The position numbers and the translations under genes were made by a program. From assembly GCA_004431415.1 (NCBI GenBank), contig QPMI01000097.1, positions 124,001 to 188,000 on the forward strand: 64,000 bases of DNA, given 5' to 3'. Positions 46,412-59,037 of this stretch are shown here, piece by piece. The stretch's first letter is position 1; every line of letters begins with the position of its first letter. Below the pieces are notes generated by a model that did no database searches, was not told where the DNA came from, and saw nothing but the letters and a program-made list of their open reading frames with translations. Source of the stretch: Cyanophora paradoxa CCMP329 (lineage: Eukaryota; Plantae; Glaucophyta).

Positions 46412-46589
46412 CCCCAGAGCCCGCCCGGCTCCACCCCCCTGCATTTGCTTTCCTGCGCCGAATCGAACCTCGCCCACACCCACACCCAGCCGCGCGCCGC
46501 GCCCGCGCGCGCCACCGGCGCCGACGCGCGAGGTGTGTTGCAAAAGACGCTTAGATAGAGACCGGCGGCAAAAACGAGCAGACTCAGGA

Positions 46590-49320
46590 TCAGGGGGCGG
46601 GGCGGGAGAGGCGCTTGCGGTCGAGGTTGGGGCGGGGGCGAAGCGGGGCGGCGCCGGCGGTGCTGGCGGTCAGGTGCTCGCTCACGACGTACTGGTCCTG
46701 CCGCGACGGGCCCTGCGCGGGCGCCACGCTCAGGCGAGCCCGGGGTGCGGCCCGGGCGCGGGGGCAGGGGGCGTGCCTGGGCGAGGAGGGGCGGGGGCAG
46801 GGCGAGGGCCCCCCGCACGAGGGTGTTGACGCGGGCGAGGCGCGCCGGGGGCACAGGCGTGAGGATGTGCAGCACGCCCCGCGCCGTGTCGATCCCCCGC
46901 ACGATGCCTGCCGCCCCCTCGCCGCTATGCCGCCGGGCGGGGCGGGGTGCGGGGCGCACCGAGGCCCTCGCAGTGGGCGAGGGGCGGCTCGGCGAGGAAG
47001 TGGGGCAGCGGGGCGCCGACCCCGGCGCGCGGCTCGTCCCCCGGGGCCGCCGGGAGCCCCGCGGGGCGCATGGGCCGCGGGTCGGCGACGAGGGCCACGA
47101 GGGCGGCGTTGAAGGCGTAGTACGCCTGGCTCCTCGGCACCTGCGGCCCCGCGCTCGGGCGCGGGCGAGAGTGCGGGGGGCGGGCCGGGCGGGCGGGGGG
47201 CGGGGCGGACGGGGCGTGGAGGGCGTGGAGGCGGAGGGCGGCGGCGGGACCTCGTAGGGGCGACGCGGCAGAGCTCCACGCCCGCCCACGCGAGCAGCTC
47301 CCGCCCCTCCGCCGGCGAGCACGCCGCCGGCGGCCGCGCCGGCCCCGCCGCGAGCGGGGAGCACCGCGCGAGGTACGAGGCCACCTGCAGCGCCCGCGCC
47401 TCCGCCGCGCCCAGCGCCCCGCCCCTGGCCCGCGTCGGGCCCGCGCGGGGGCGCCCCCCGCGCGGCGGCTCACCTGGAGGGGCCGGCGGCGCTGCGGAGG
47501 GCGATGACGCGCACGTCGGGCGGGGCGCCAAAGGCGGCCGGCTCGAGGGGCGCGAGGGCGCGGCGGGCGGAAGCGGCCCCCGCGGCGGGGCCGATCTGGA
47601 GGACGGCGGTGGGGGCGACGGCGCGGAGCACCTCGAGCAGCAGGTCCCGCCCGAGGCCTGCGCGCCCGCCCCTCGGGAAAGGAAGCGCTGGAAGAGAGAG
47701 GGGCGGGGCGGGGGCGGACCCTGGACCCAGCCGTGGGTGTTGACGACGAGGGGCACGCGGGCGGCGTGCGTGGCGGCGGCGAAGCGGACGGCGCGGAGGT
47801 ACAGCGCGGGGTCCCGCTGCGGCGTCGTCTCCCCCACGAACACCGCCCTGCGGCCCTCTCAGCCGCCGCCCCGCCACGCTCGGCGGCGCCCGCACCGCAG
47901 CGGCTCCCGCAGGTGCGTGTGCGGCGGCCCTGCGCGCGCTCGCTCGCCCCGGCGGGGCGCGGCGCGGCGCGGGGCGGGGCGGGGGCGCGCCGAAGAGCGG
48001 GGCGGCGAGGAGGGTGAGGGAGACGAGGCCCGGGGGCGTGAACTCGCTCTGCCCGAGGTCCGTCTCCAGGTACGCCGCCGCCCCGTGCCTGCGCGGGCCC
48101 GCCCCGTCGCGCCCCGGCCCGCCCCGGCTCGGACGCGGCGCGAGGGGCGCGGGGCGGACGCGTTGAGGGCCCGGTTGAGCAAGTAGCGGCAGAGGGTCGA
48201 CTTGCCGCTGTCCTTCGCCCCGCACACCGCCACGACGGCGTCGGCAGCCCGCGGCCCCAGGCACGCCTCCGCCGCCGCCTCCCACTCCTCCGGCACCCGC
48301 AGCGCCCGCGCCGCCCCCTCCGAGACCTGGCCCCGGCCACCACTTCTCGCCCACGCGCCGCCGCAGCGTCGAGGGGCGCAACCGACCTCCTCCATGCCGG
48401 GCAGGCGCATGTGCCTCCCGGAGCCGCGCCTGGAGACCCCGGCGACGTGCGCGCCGCGCGCCCACGCCGCCGCGTCCGCCGCCGCGCATTTCAGGACCAC
48501 CAGCGCCGCCACCGCGCCCCTGCGCGCCGCGCTCGCTTCAGATTACGCGCAGCTTCGCGAGCCGCGGGCGGGCCGCGCCTTCGGCCTCCACCGCGGCGCG
48601 CGCTGCGGCCGCCGCGGAGGCGAGGGGCCCGCGGCGCCCTCCTCGTCGCTCTCGGCCTCCTCGTCGGGCGCGGCGGCGTCGGCGGCGCGCTCGTGCGGGC
48701 GCGGGGCGGCGCCGGCCTCCGCCGGGGGCAGCGCCTCGACGCCGAGCGCCGCGAAGTCGTGTGGCGCGTAGAGCGCGTGGTACGCCCGCCCGGCGCCGAG
48801 GACGTGCCCGTAGATCCGCACCCGTCCCTCCAGGACGCGCAGCAAGACGCGCCCATGGAAAAGGAACGTCTGCGCTCCTGTCAGCCGTGCTTACCGCCCG
48901 ACGATCGCGATCGGGCACCTCGCTCGGCCGCAGAGCGCGAACAAGCTTGTGCTTCTCGCCGACGCGCGCGACTGCGGCGCTGATATGCGCATCGTCTTGA
49001 GCTTCCTCGCTCCCTTGCGCGGAGACAGAGTCCTCGCCGCTCTCAGCTGCACCAAGCCCGAGCTGGAGTTCGCCCTGCTCTTCGTCTTCCCTGCGAGGCG
49101 GTGAGCGCGGAGGCAGCACGCGAGCGTGTGCAGGCGCACGACTCATTCGAGTCAGACAGCGACGCGGGCGCCGCCGGGGACGAGGCCCTCCGCCGCTTCC
49201 GGGCCCGCGCCCCGCCTGCGGCCGCCCAGTCGCGTCACGAACGGCGCGGCATGCACCTGGCGAGACAGGACTCACCGGAGCTCAGCGCGCACGCCACCTG
49301 GAGCCTAGCCAACCGCAGCA
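46590..49320 (-). CDS. NOL9: Polynucleotide 5'-hydroxyl kinase NOL9/Grc3; 5' end approximate
   Basis: VAVCGAKDSGKSTLCRYLLNRALN, YLETDLGQSEFTPPGLVSL, FVGETTP, PLVVNTHGWVQGLG, GIVRGID..LHILTP. Confidence 0.9.
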
Positions 49321-49593
49321 TCGCTACGTCTACCCCCCGCGGCCGAGCAGCAGCGCAGATATAGCTGCAGCTATAGCTCGAGTGTCCAACGGTCTATTGC
49401 TTGCTCTCCCTCTCTCTCCGATCCCGCAGCTAGCGCTGGCTCGCTAGCTCGACGGTCCCAGCGCACGTGCAGCAAGATCGCGTACAGGAGGATCGCGTGC
49501 AGGGCCTCGCCAGATTAGGCGTGAAATATCCTAGTGAAACACGGAATGAAAGTACAAAATTGGGGCGAAGCGACGGGGCCACGGGGCGCGGGC

Positions 49594-51039
49594 TCAGGCG
49601 GTGGCCCCGCGCGACTCGACCATGCCGTCCTTCGAGCCCTTGGCGAGCAGCCACGGGGGCACGCTCACGACCTGCGCGGCGCCGGCGTGGGCGCAGTGGC
49701 GGGGACGGGGCGGGGGCGGGGGCGGGGCGGACGTTGCGCGGGAGGCGGTCGATGACGTACTGGCCGGCGATGTGCAGGCAGACGACCTGCGGCGCGGGGC
49801 CTCAGCGGGGCCGGCAGTGCGGGTGTGCGGGGCGGCGCGCCTGGGCGAGCGCGTTCGCCACGAAGACGGCGAGGACGGCGAGCGTGACCTGCAACGGCCG
49901 CCTCAGGGCTCGGCGGGGCGGGGCGGGGCGGGGTGGGGCGGGGCGGGGCGGCGGGCCTGCGTGACGGTGAACTGGAAGGCGCCCTTGAAGAGCTTGGGGG
50001 AGACGACGTTGTTGAGAAGCTTCGTGAAGGCGGCGACGATCCGGCTGAAGATGTCGCTCCCCAGCACCACGCTGAAGACCTTGATCTGGCCCAGCAGGCC
50101 CACCGTCTTCACCACCGTCCCCAGCGGGATCGAGAGCACCCACGGCATGCGGTACTTCCACGCCGTTCCGAAGAAGCCTGCGCCCCCGTGGCCTGTGAGG
50201 AGGGGCCGAGAGGGGGAGTCCTAGTGGAGTTGTCGCGGGTCGGGAACCTACCCGCGAGGATTCCGGCGCCGAAAAAGAAATTGAAGACACCAAGGACGCT
50301 CTGCTGGCTAGCGGTAGCCACCAGGAAGGAAGCCACTGCGAAGGTCTTGAACCCTGCAAGAACAGATTAGCCGGTGCGGCACGCGCGCGCGCGTATGCGG
50401 TGGACGGCCCCTCCGGCACCTTGCGCAGCGTTCCAGCGGAGCATGGCGATGGCGATGGGAAGCCCGGCGGCCGAATTCATGATGAACTTGAGCGGCGGCG
50501 CGCCCAGCAGCGGCGCAGTGACGAACGCCAGCCACGAGAGGCTCGCCAGGAAGGCGCTCTCGACGATTGGCAACGCGTTCTGGTCACGCAGATTGAAGGC
50601 TTCAGGATCTGACTCGTCCACCTGCGCAGCGGCGGCGATGAGCGAGCCGGCGGCATAACTGTAGTGGCTCCAGCTGGCGAACCGAAGAGAAGTTGTCGAA
50701 GCTCGTCTCGCCGGCGGCATCGGGATTGAAAACGAGTGCCGGTTTGGAGGCATCGCTGGCGCTCGAGCTCGCTGTGGCATCTTCGTGGAGGGCGACAGAC
50801 CACGGTCGGCTTGGCGGATGCAGCCGGGCGTGGCCGAACGGAACAGTCAGTCGAGGAACACATGCGCCGTGGAACGCTGTCGTGTAGCTCCCGAGAAACG
50901 CGCGCCGGAGCTGGTGGACGGTGGCGGCGACATGGGCGCTGCGCTCCTCGTGCCGGCTGGCTACATCCGAGGACCAGGGTAGCGTGCACGCAGCTGCGTG
51001 GCGAAGAGCGACCGCGGGGCCGCAGAAGGCGGTAGGCAT
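49594..51039 (-). CDS. Plastid-targeted membrane protein similar to cyanobacterial DUF2232
   Basis: Transit peptide MPTAFCGP..; PIVESAFLAS, LPIAIAMLRW, GTAWKYRMPWVLSIPLGT, SVVLGSD, LHIAGQYVIDRL..PPWL. Confidence 0.7.
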
Positions 51040-51487
51040 GACGAGTTTTTGTCTACCCCTTCGAACTAACCCCACGCTGACCGCTGGGCCAGCCTTAGGG
51101 GACTCGGCATTCGCCAGCGCGTACGGGCCTGCAGGCCTGAACGCAAAGCCATCCGACTACGGTCCAACGACCGAGCGCTGGGAAGCGTTGCACTGGCGGT
51201 GTGACTCAATACCGAATTACGAGGGAGGTCGGTTCCGCGCGGACGCGTACGTACAGCATAAACTTGTTCCTTGTGTGGAAAAATACAGCTTGCTCGGAAC
51301 ACGCAGCGCGCTGAAGCGCTGGCCTGCAGCTGCAGCCGGCAAGCACCAGTTGGCCGCCCGGCGGCCAACTGGTCACGAGACTCACTGCGTCTTCGGCATT
51401 GTCGGGGTTTGAGGGCGCGGAGGGCGTGGACGTACACTTCCGTACGTTCGCCTCTCGGATATCGGGTCCGCCCGCGCCGCCGTCACC

Positions 51488-54400
51488 ATGCGGGAGCGCC
51501 GTCGCTCGTCGGCGGCCTCGACGGGGAGCCTGTGCTCGGGCGATGAGGCGACTGTCAGCCGCCGGAAGAACTCCCGCACAGGCTCGCACGGCGGGAGAGC
51601 AGGCGGGGCCAAGGTGGAGGCGGCGGACCTAGGCCTCTTCGCGGTGCTCCTCCTGGCGGCGAGCTGCGCGAGCACGCTGTCGAGCGACGATCTCTCCGGC
51701 GCAACGAAGGCGCTCACCATCGCCGGCCTCGCCCTCCCGGCGGCCGTGAGCCTCGCCGCGCCGGGGCGGGCGCGGGCGGCGGCCGCCGCGTGGGTCGCGG
51801 CGGCGGCTAGCGTGGCGGCGTCGCTGGTGGGAAGCGCCGCGGGCCCGGGGGCCGGGCATCACCAGCTGGCGTTCACCCTCGCCTGCTGCGCCACGTACGC
51901 CTCGGTGCAGCTCGCGCCGGGGGCCTGCGCCGCCACCCTCCTCGTCGTCGCGTGCGGCTCCTGCCTCGCGGCGGGCCCCCCCGGCCTCTTCGCCCCGCTC
52001 CAGCTTGCCTCCGTCGTCGCCGTCGTGCGCCGCCCGGCTTCCGTGCCGGTGGGCGCGGGGGGTGACGCGGCGGGCCCGGGGGCGCAGCTGCGGGGGCGGG
52101 AGAAGGAGGCGGCGGCGGGCCTGCAGGAGGCGCAGAGCAAGAGACGCGAGGCCGAGGCCGTCAAGTGCGCGATCAAATTTGGTGTTCCAGCTCTTCCGCG
52201 CGAGTGTGACCCCCGAGCGCGCCCCCCGGCAGGCTCTCCTTCCTCTCCAACGCCCGCCCCTCCCGCCCCGCCCCCGCCCGCCCGGCCCCCCCCCGAGACC
52301 GCCGCGCAGATCTCGCACGAGCTGCGCAGCCCCTTGTCCGGCATCCTCGGCACCTGGTGCCCTCGCCCGCAGACGCGCCCCCGCCGGCCGCGACGCTCGC
52401 TGAGGGGCGCCCGCAGGGAGCTCCTCATGGCGCGCCGCCGCGCCCCGCCCCGCGCCGCCGGTGTGAGGGGAGGGCCGTTGCAGGAAACGGAGCTGAGCGG
52501 GAGCCAGGCGGAGCTCCTGACGATGCTCGGCAGCGCCGCCGGCGGCATGCTCGAGATCGGTACGCGCGCGGGGCGGGGCACGAGGCGGGCTGGGCGGGGG
52601 GAGGGAGGGCCGAGGGCGGGCGGGGGCCGGGGGCAGTGAACGAGCTGCTGGAGTACACGAAGCTGCAGAGCGGGCACGTGCGGGTCCGCAGCGCGCCCTT
52701 CCGTATGCGCGAGTGCCTCAAGGATGCCATCTCCGCCGCCTGGTCCACCGCCAAGGCCCGCCCCCCTTGGCCCCCGCCCCCCGCCCCGCCCCCCTCTCCT
52801 CTTTTCCCTTCTGAGCTGGCGGAGCGGGGGGGCAGGCGAAGAACATCCCGATGTCGCTGGTGGTCGAGGCCGGGGCGGACCAGTGGTTCCGTAGTGACGC
52901 CCAGAAGCTGAGACAGGTCGTGCTCAACTATCTATTCAACGCTGTAAAATTGAGTGTTTGGTTTCGATTGGGGGGAAGCGGGTTGGCTCACGGGGCGCAG
53001 TTCTCGAGCGAGGGCGAGGTGGTGGTGCGGGTCGGCGTGGAGGCGGCGGGGGCGCGGGGCGAGGAGGGGGAGTGGTGCGCGGGGGGCGGCGCGCCCCGGG
53101 CGCCGCGGGAGGGCGAGGAGCTGGTGTGCGTGCGGGTGGCGGACTGCGGGCCGGGGATCGCGCGGGAGGACTTTCCCCGCCTCTTCCAGCGGTTCTCCCA
53201 GCTCGGCGACGTCTACACCAACAAGTCCAAGGGCACCGGCCTCGGCACGCCCGCCCCCCCGCCCGCCCCCCCGCTCGCGGCGCCCCCCGCCGCCCCCGCC
53301 GCTCACGGCCCCCGCGCGCAGGGCTGAGCATCTGCAGGGAGATCGCGGAGGCGATGCAGGGGGCGGTGGGGCTGACGTCGGACCCCGAGCGCGGCGGCTC
53401 CACCTTCTTCTTCCGCGTGCCCCTCCGCCGCCACGAGCCGGGCCAGCCCCCCGGCCCCGCCCAGGCCGGCGGCCCTCCGGCCGAGCTCGAGGAAGCGGCG
53501 GGGCGGGCCGGCGGGGAGGAGCGCGGGGCGGCGCCGGAGGAGCCGTTCGTGAAGCGCTGGGTCCCCGTCGCCACCCGCGGGAGCTTCGTGCGGCACGGGT
53601 CGGAGGGGGTGATGTCGCATCAGAGCTCGCAGGCGGAGGGGCCGGGGCCGGGCGAGGTGCGCTGGCGCGGGGGCGAGGCGGGGCCCGGCGAGGAGGGCTC
53701 GGAGGCGGCGGCGAGCCCGCGGCCCTCCTTCCAGGTGGTCCTCGAGACGGCGGCCCCCGGGACGGGCCGCCCCGCCCGCATCCTCGTCCCCTCCACCGAG
53801 TTCGGGGGGGCGGGCGCCTCGCTGCGCTGCGTCGTGCCCTACGCCACCCTCGCCGCCTTCGTCCGCGACCTCGAGCGCGGCGCCGGCCGCCGCCCCGACC
53901 AGCCCCGCGCCGGCCCCGCCTCCCTCCCCTCCTCCCCTCGCCGCCCGCCGGCCTCGCAGCACAGCTCCCCGGGCTGCCGCCCTCCAGGGCGAGCCGGAGA
54001 GCCCGCCGCAGGGCGGCTGCCGACCGGCGGGGGACCCTCGTCGCCGGCCTCGCCGGGCCTCGGGGTGGCGGGCCTGGGCCCCCTCCTGCCCCCGCCCGCC
54101 CGCCGCACCAGCGTCGACGAGGCCGCCGGCCGCCGCCTCGTCGGCCCCGGGGAGGCCCAGCGCCGCTCCACCCTCCCCACCGCCGCCGCCGCTGCCATCG
54201 CCCACGCCGCCGCCGCTGCCGCCGCCGCCCACGCCGCCGGCGCCGCCGCCGCCGCGCAGGAGCACAACCCGCAGGCGCGCAGCTCGCCGCCGGCGCGCCT
54301 GGGGGCCGCCGCGCCGCCCTCCCTCCTGCGCTCCGCCCTGCTCGCCGCCTCCGGGCCGAGCGCGGCTTCGATGTCCTCGCCTCCGAGGGGTGCGCCGGCG

Positions 54401-55403
54401 CCGCCCCGCCGCCTCGCCGGCCCGCGACAAGGACGCAGGGAGGGCGTGCGGGGCCGGCGGGGCGGCGGGCGAGCATCCCCTCGGGCTCTGCGTGCGGCCC
54501 CGCCTCGCCTCGCCCGCCCTCCGCGCCGCGCCGCGGGGGTCCTCACGGGGGCGGCAGGGAGGCGCGGGGCGTGCCGCTCGGTCTCGCCTCCCTCTCTTCC
54601 GCCCTCCACGCGCCCCTCGCCGCCGGCCCGTCGAGCTCGCCGGCGCCGGCCGCCTCCTCGCCCCGCGAGCCGCCCCGGCACGCCCCGCCGAGGCGGCGGC
54701 GGCCGAGCTGGGGAAGGCGAGCGGGGGGCCTGCTGGGGGCGGTGCGGAGGGCGCGTTCCGGCCCCGTGTGCTGCTCGTGGACGGTCCGCCCCGCTTCTGC
54801 CGGCGCCTCGGCGAGCTGGAGCTGACGGCGGGGCGGGGCGGGGCGGGCAGACGAGCGGATTAACCTGCGGGTGGCGCAGACGATGCTGCAGGCCCTCGGC
54901 TGCGACGTCGACGTCGAGGCCGACGGCCGCGCCGCCGTCGACCGCTTCGCAGCCTCCCTCCGCCACGGGCCCCCCTACAACCTCGTCGTCATGGACCAGC
55001 AGGCCCGCCCGCCCCGCGCCCCGCCCCCGGCGGCGGCGGCCGAGGGCCGGGGCGCAGATGCCGGTGTTGAACGGGCTGGACGCGACGCGGGCGATCCGGG
55101 AGATGCTGGGCGAGGCGCCCGGGCCGCCCGTGCTGGGCCTCACGGCCAACGCGAGCGCCGAGTCGCGCGCCCTCTGCCTCGCCGCCGGCATGGCCGACGT
55201 GCGCCGCCCGCCCGCCCCCTCCTCGCCGCCCCGCCCCGGCCCCCACGGGGCGGCCCGCGCAGGTCTTCACGAAGCCCTTCCGCAAGAGGGACCTCCGCGA
55301 GCTCCTCGAGCGCTGGGCCGGCCTCCCCCCCGCCCCCTCCCCCTCCCCGAACCCCACCCCCCGCCCCGCGGGGGCGCCCCCGCCCGCCCCCGCCGGCCCC
55401 TAG
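51488..55403 (+). CDS. Membrane-bound hybrid histidine kinase (TM input, HisKA, HATPase, linker, receiver)
   Basis: FLSNISHELRSPLSGILG, LRQVVLNYLFNAVK-F, VADCGPGI, LFQRFSQ, GTGLGLSI; REC RVLLVDD..VVMDQQMPVLNGLDA..GLTAN..FTKPF. Confidence 0.93.
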
Positions 55404-55641
55404 CCGCCCTGCCCCCACCCCTCCGGCGGCGCGTGACCTATCTTCATCGTCCACGAGAGCGCTTCGCGTCACATGTATACGCATCTGACGCCGACTCCTC
55501 TACCCGTGCCAAGCCACTGAACCCGACTCCTGCACTCGCGCGGTCGCCCTCTCGCGCCGAACGAAAGCAGCCCCGAGCCGGGCAGAGAACAAGGGGCCGT
55601 GGATGCAGACGCGTTTGTATTGGTACAGCGGGGAAGCGAGC

Positions 55642-56926
55642 CTAGGAGTACTTCTCGGCGAAGCGGTCGAAGCCCTGCGCGCGCGCGCGCGGGCGGTCAG
55701 CGGGGGGCGGGGCGGGCGGGGCGGGCGGGGCGAGCCTTCTCGAGGGCGGTGTACTGCATGGACCACTCGGAGTTGGGGTGCTTCTCGCGGAGGGCGGTGA
55801 CGTACTTGGCGATGGCCTCCTGGGAGCGCCGGTTGTGGTGGAAGACGGCGACGAGGTTCATCATCGCCTCCGCGCTGTTCCCGTCCTGCGCCCCGCCCCG
55901 CCCCGCCTCAGCGCCCCGCCCCGCGTCGCCCCGCGTGGCCGGGCTGGGCGGGGGCGGGCCTTGGTGATGGCGTCGAGCAGGAGCTTCTCGGCCTCCTCGA
56001 ACTTGCCGAGGGTCATCTGGCACACCGCCATCCCGTTGAGCAGCATCGCCGACGACGCGTACCGCTCCGACAGGTCCTGCAGGATCGTGAACGACTCCTG
56101 CACCTTGCTCCCGCCCTGCCCGCCCCCGCCCCTCAGCGACGCCCGCGACCCCCGCCCCGCCAGCGCCCGGCGAGCGGGCCGGCGGGCGGTTGGGGCGGCC
56201 TGCCTGGGCCATGCCGACGAAGGCGGTGGCGAGCTGCGTGAGGGTCGCGTCGTCCTCCGCCTGCTGCATGGCCCGCAGCTGCTTCTCCGCCACGTCGATG
56301 CGGTCGATGCGGATCAGCGTCTGGATGCTCATGTACTGCCTGCGCCGTCCGCCGTCAGCGGCGCGCGCCACCGCCAGCCCGCGCAGCGCACATCTCGAGG
56401 GTGGTGCCCTGGTGCAGAGCACGCAGTGCTTCCTCGTAGTTCCGCTCGTGTGTGAAGATGGTGCCGGCGACGACCTGCAGGGTCGGGTTGTTCTGAGAGA
56501 TGGGGTCGCTGAGCCACTCCTTCACGGTCATGAGCGCTATTTCCTTGTTGTCCTCGCTCGCCAGGTACGTCGCCAGCAGCTTCACGCTCTGCAGAGCGGT
56601 CGGCGCGCTGTCCTTGACCTCAGCCAGCACGGTCTTGTGGTTTCCAAGGCCGATGTGAGACCGGTACACAAAGACTTCTTTCTCGATCTTCAATGCCTCG
56701 GTCGTGGCTGTGACTGTCGCGGCCTCCTGCAGCGCCTTCTGAAACGCGCCTGCGGTGTCGCGGCCCGTGCTCAGAGGCAGCATGACGAACCGGAAATGCG
56801 TTCGCAAGGCGTAGCTATGGCTCCATGTGCGCGGAGGGGGTTTGGGTGTGCACAGGCAGACTAGGGCGCACCGAGGTAGAAGAAGTTGCGGAGCTCGAAC
56901 AGCTCATCGGGAAGGCCGTCCGACAT
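55642..56926 (-). CDS. COPE: Coatomer subunit epsilon
   Basis: DELFELRNFFYLGAFQ, VFVYRSHIGLG, RIDRIDVAEKQLRAMQQAEDDATLTQLA, LLNGMAVCQM, HPNSEW. Confidence 0.95.
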
Positions 56927-56951
56927 CGCTGAGGCCGGCCGAAGGTCGGTA

Positions 56952-57283
56952 AAATCGATGCCTGTACCCGGGTGCGGTTCCTCCCCCAGCAAGGCGCTTT
57001 TTGCTTCTCGAGCTCAGTCGCTCGGAGTGCGCCTTCTCTCAGTGCACATCCGGTTTGTGGAGAGAAGAGCCTGCGCAGCTCCTTGTTACAACTTGCATCC
57101 CCAGCTCCTTGTTACAACTTGCAGCCCACAGCCTGCGGAGGAACGTCAGACGCCGCATCCACATACAGCCGGCAGAGTTGCGGTTCCTCCCCCCAGCAAG
57201 TCGCTTTTTGCTTCTCGAGCTCAGTAGCTCCCATGCGCATCCGGTAGAGTGCAGCTCCTCGTTACAGCCGACAGAAATCGATG
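56952..57283. repeat. Nested direct repeats in the COPE / methyltransferase divergent promoter
   Basis: 46-bp near-identical repeat at 56973 and 57179; CAGCTCCTTGTTACAACTTGCA x2 at about 57077 and 57102; AAATCGATG at both ends. Confidence 0.85.
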
Positions 57284-58553
57284 GAGGATGCGGCGGACGC
57301 CGAGCTCGAGCTGGTCGAATGCCGCTTCGGGCCGGCCGAGGACCAAATGCTGAGCGTGTACGCGCGCAGCGTCATGAGGGAGGTGCGTCCTCGCAGTCTT
57401 GTAGCGTGCGAGCGCCGACCAGGGGGCGCAGACGATCCTTTCTGAGAACATCGATCTGACAGGTGCGAATCGAGCGCATCTCGCGGCGGCGCCGGTTGTC
57501 GCCGCCCCTGACTGAGTTCTTCGGTAGGGCACATGATCTGGCCGGTAAGGGCACCCCGCACTGGCTCCGGCCCGCCGTCTGCGCGCTCAGCGCGCAGTGA
57601 CGTCCCCTCAGGGCGCGCGGCTGTGCCTACGCTACCTCCACTGGCTTCGCGCGCGCGACTGCTTCGGCGCCACATGTACAGCTGGGAAGATTAGGACGGC
57701 AGTAGAGCTTGGCGCGGGCTCTGGCCTGCCGGGTGTATTCTGCGCCCTGCAGGGGGCCCGCGCCGTCCTGACCGACGGCCTCGAGCACTGCCTACCGCTC
57801 ATGCGGCGGAATGCCGAGCTCCACTCTCAAGGCGTCCATGCCCTCCTCTTTGGAGATGCCCTCCTCTTTCGAGATTGCCTCTGAATCCACCGGCAGCGCC
57901 GGGATGCGGTCCCATCGCGTGCGAACGCCTGTGGTCCGAGCGAAGCCCCGCATCGGCAGGGTGCTCGGGGCCGACGCGGGCGGCAGGTGGGGCGATGAGA
58001 AGGACACGCGGCGGGTGCTGGAGCACGCGCCCGGCGGGTACGACCTCGTCATCTGCGCGGACATCATCTACCCCGACGTCGGTGGGGCTCTCCCCGAGCT
58101 GATGGCCACCTGCGCGCGGCTCCTCGCCCCCGGCGGGACCGTCCTCGTCTCCTACGTCCCCCGCTCCAAGCCCACCTCCCGTGCCTTCGTCCAGGCGCGT
58201 GCACAGCTCCCACCGCCCGGCTCGCCCTAGCCGCTGCTCATGGTCAACGGGCCCGAGGCGCGGGGCGGCGGGGGCAGGCGTCGTGGGGGGCGGGGCTGGA
58301 GGCGGAGCGGGTGGTGCAGACGGAGAGCTTCGCGCCGGAGGGCGAGGCGGCGCTCGCCGTAGCCGGCGCCACGATCGTCCTGCTGCGCGCGCGCCGCCCG
58401 GGGCCGGGGGCCTCGAGCTCGGAGGCGGCGCACGAGGCGCGCTTCCCGCGGGGGTGGCTGGTGAGCGACCCGCGCGCGGACTACAGCGACGACGACCTCG
58501 TCTGGGCCGCCCCCTTCGCCTCCGACGACGAGGACGGCCCCGGCCCCTACTAG
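57281..58553 (+). CDS. METTL21 / Methyltransf_16 family protein methyltransferase
   Basis: DLTGHMIWPGARL, AVELGAGSGLPG, VLTDG, W-GD, YDLVICADIIY. Confidence 0.9.
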
Positions 58554-59037
58554 GGGCTAGGCCTCGAGCTCACTTCGACGCCCGCCCCGGCGCCGGCCAG
58601 CGCGCGCGCGCCCGCGGCCGCAGCGCTAGCTCGGTCTCCCTGGCATCCCGTTGGCATCCGGGTGCATGCGCGGGATTATCCACTAGGCTAGATCTGAGAT
58701 ATCGATATCGATATCGACGGTTCTCAGCGCGCGTGGCGCGTCTAGCACGCCGACAAATTGAGTAGCCCCCTCGAGCACACCAGTGACACCAAACTCCTTC
58801 CGAGTTCTGCCTGCAATTGCAACCCTCCAGCCCGACACTCACGGCTGCGCGTACCGCAGAGTTTACCGTAGTACCGCAAACGGTGTTGACAACTAGTACT
58901 TCGTTGTTTGTTCGTGCTACGACGCGGCTACGTAGCGATAGGCTGCCAGCCAAGACCTACCAGCTGGGCGACGACCGCCGGCGCGTACAGCTGGAGACGC
59001 CAGTAGCCTGCGCTTCCCGCTCTTGTAGCGCTCAAAG

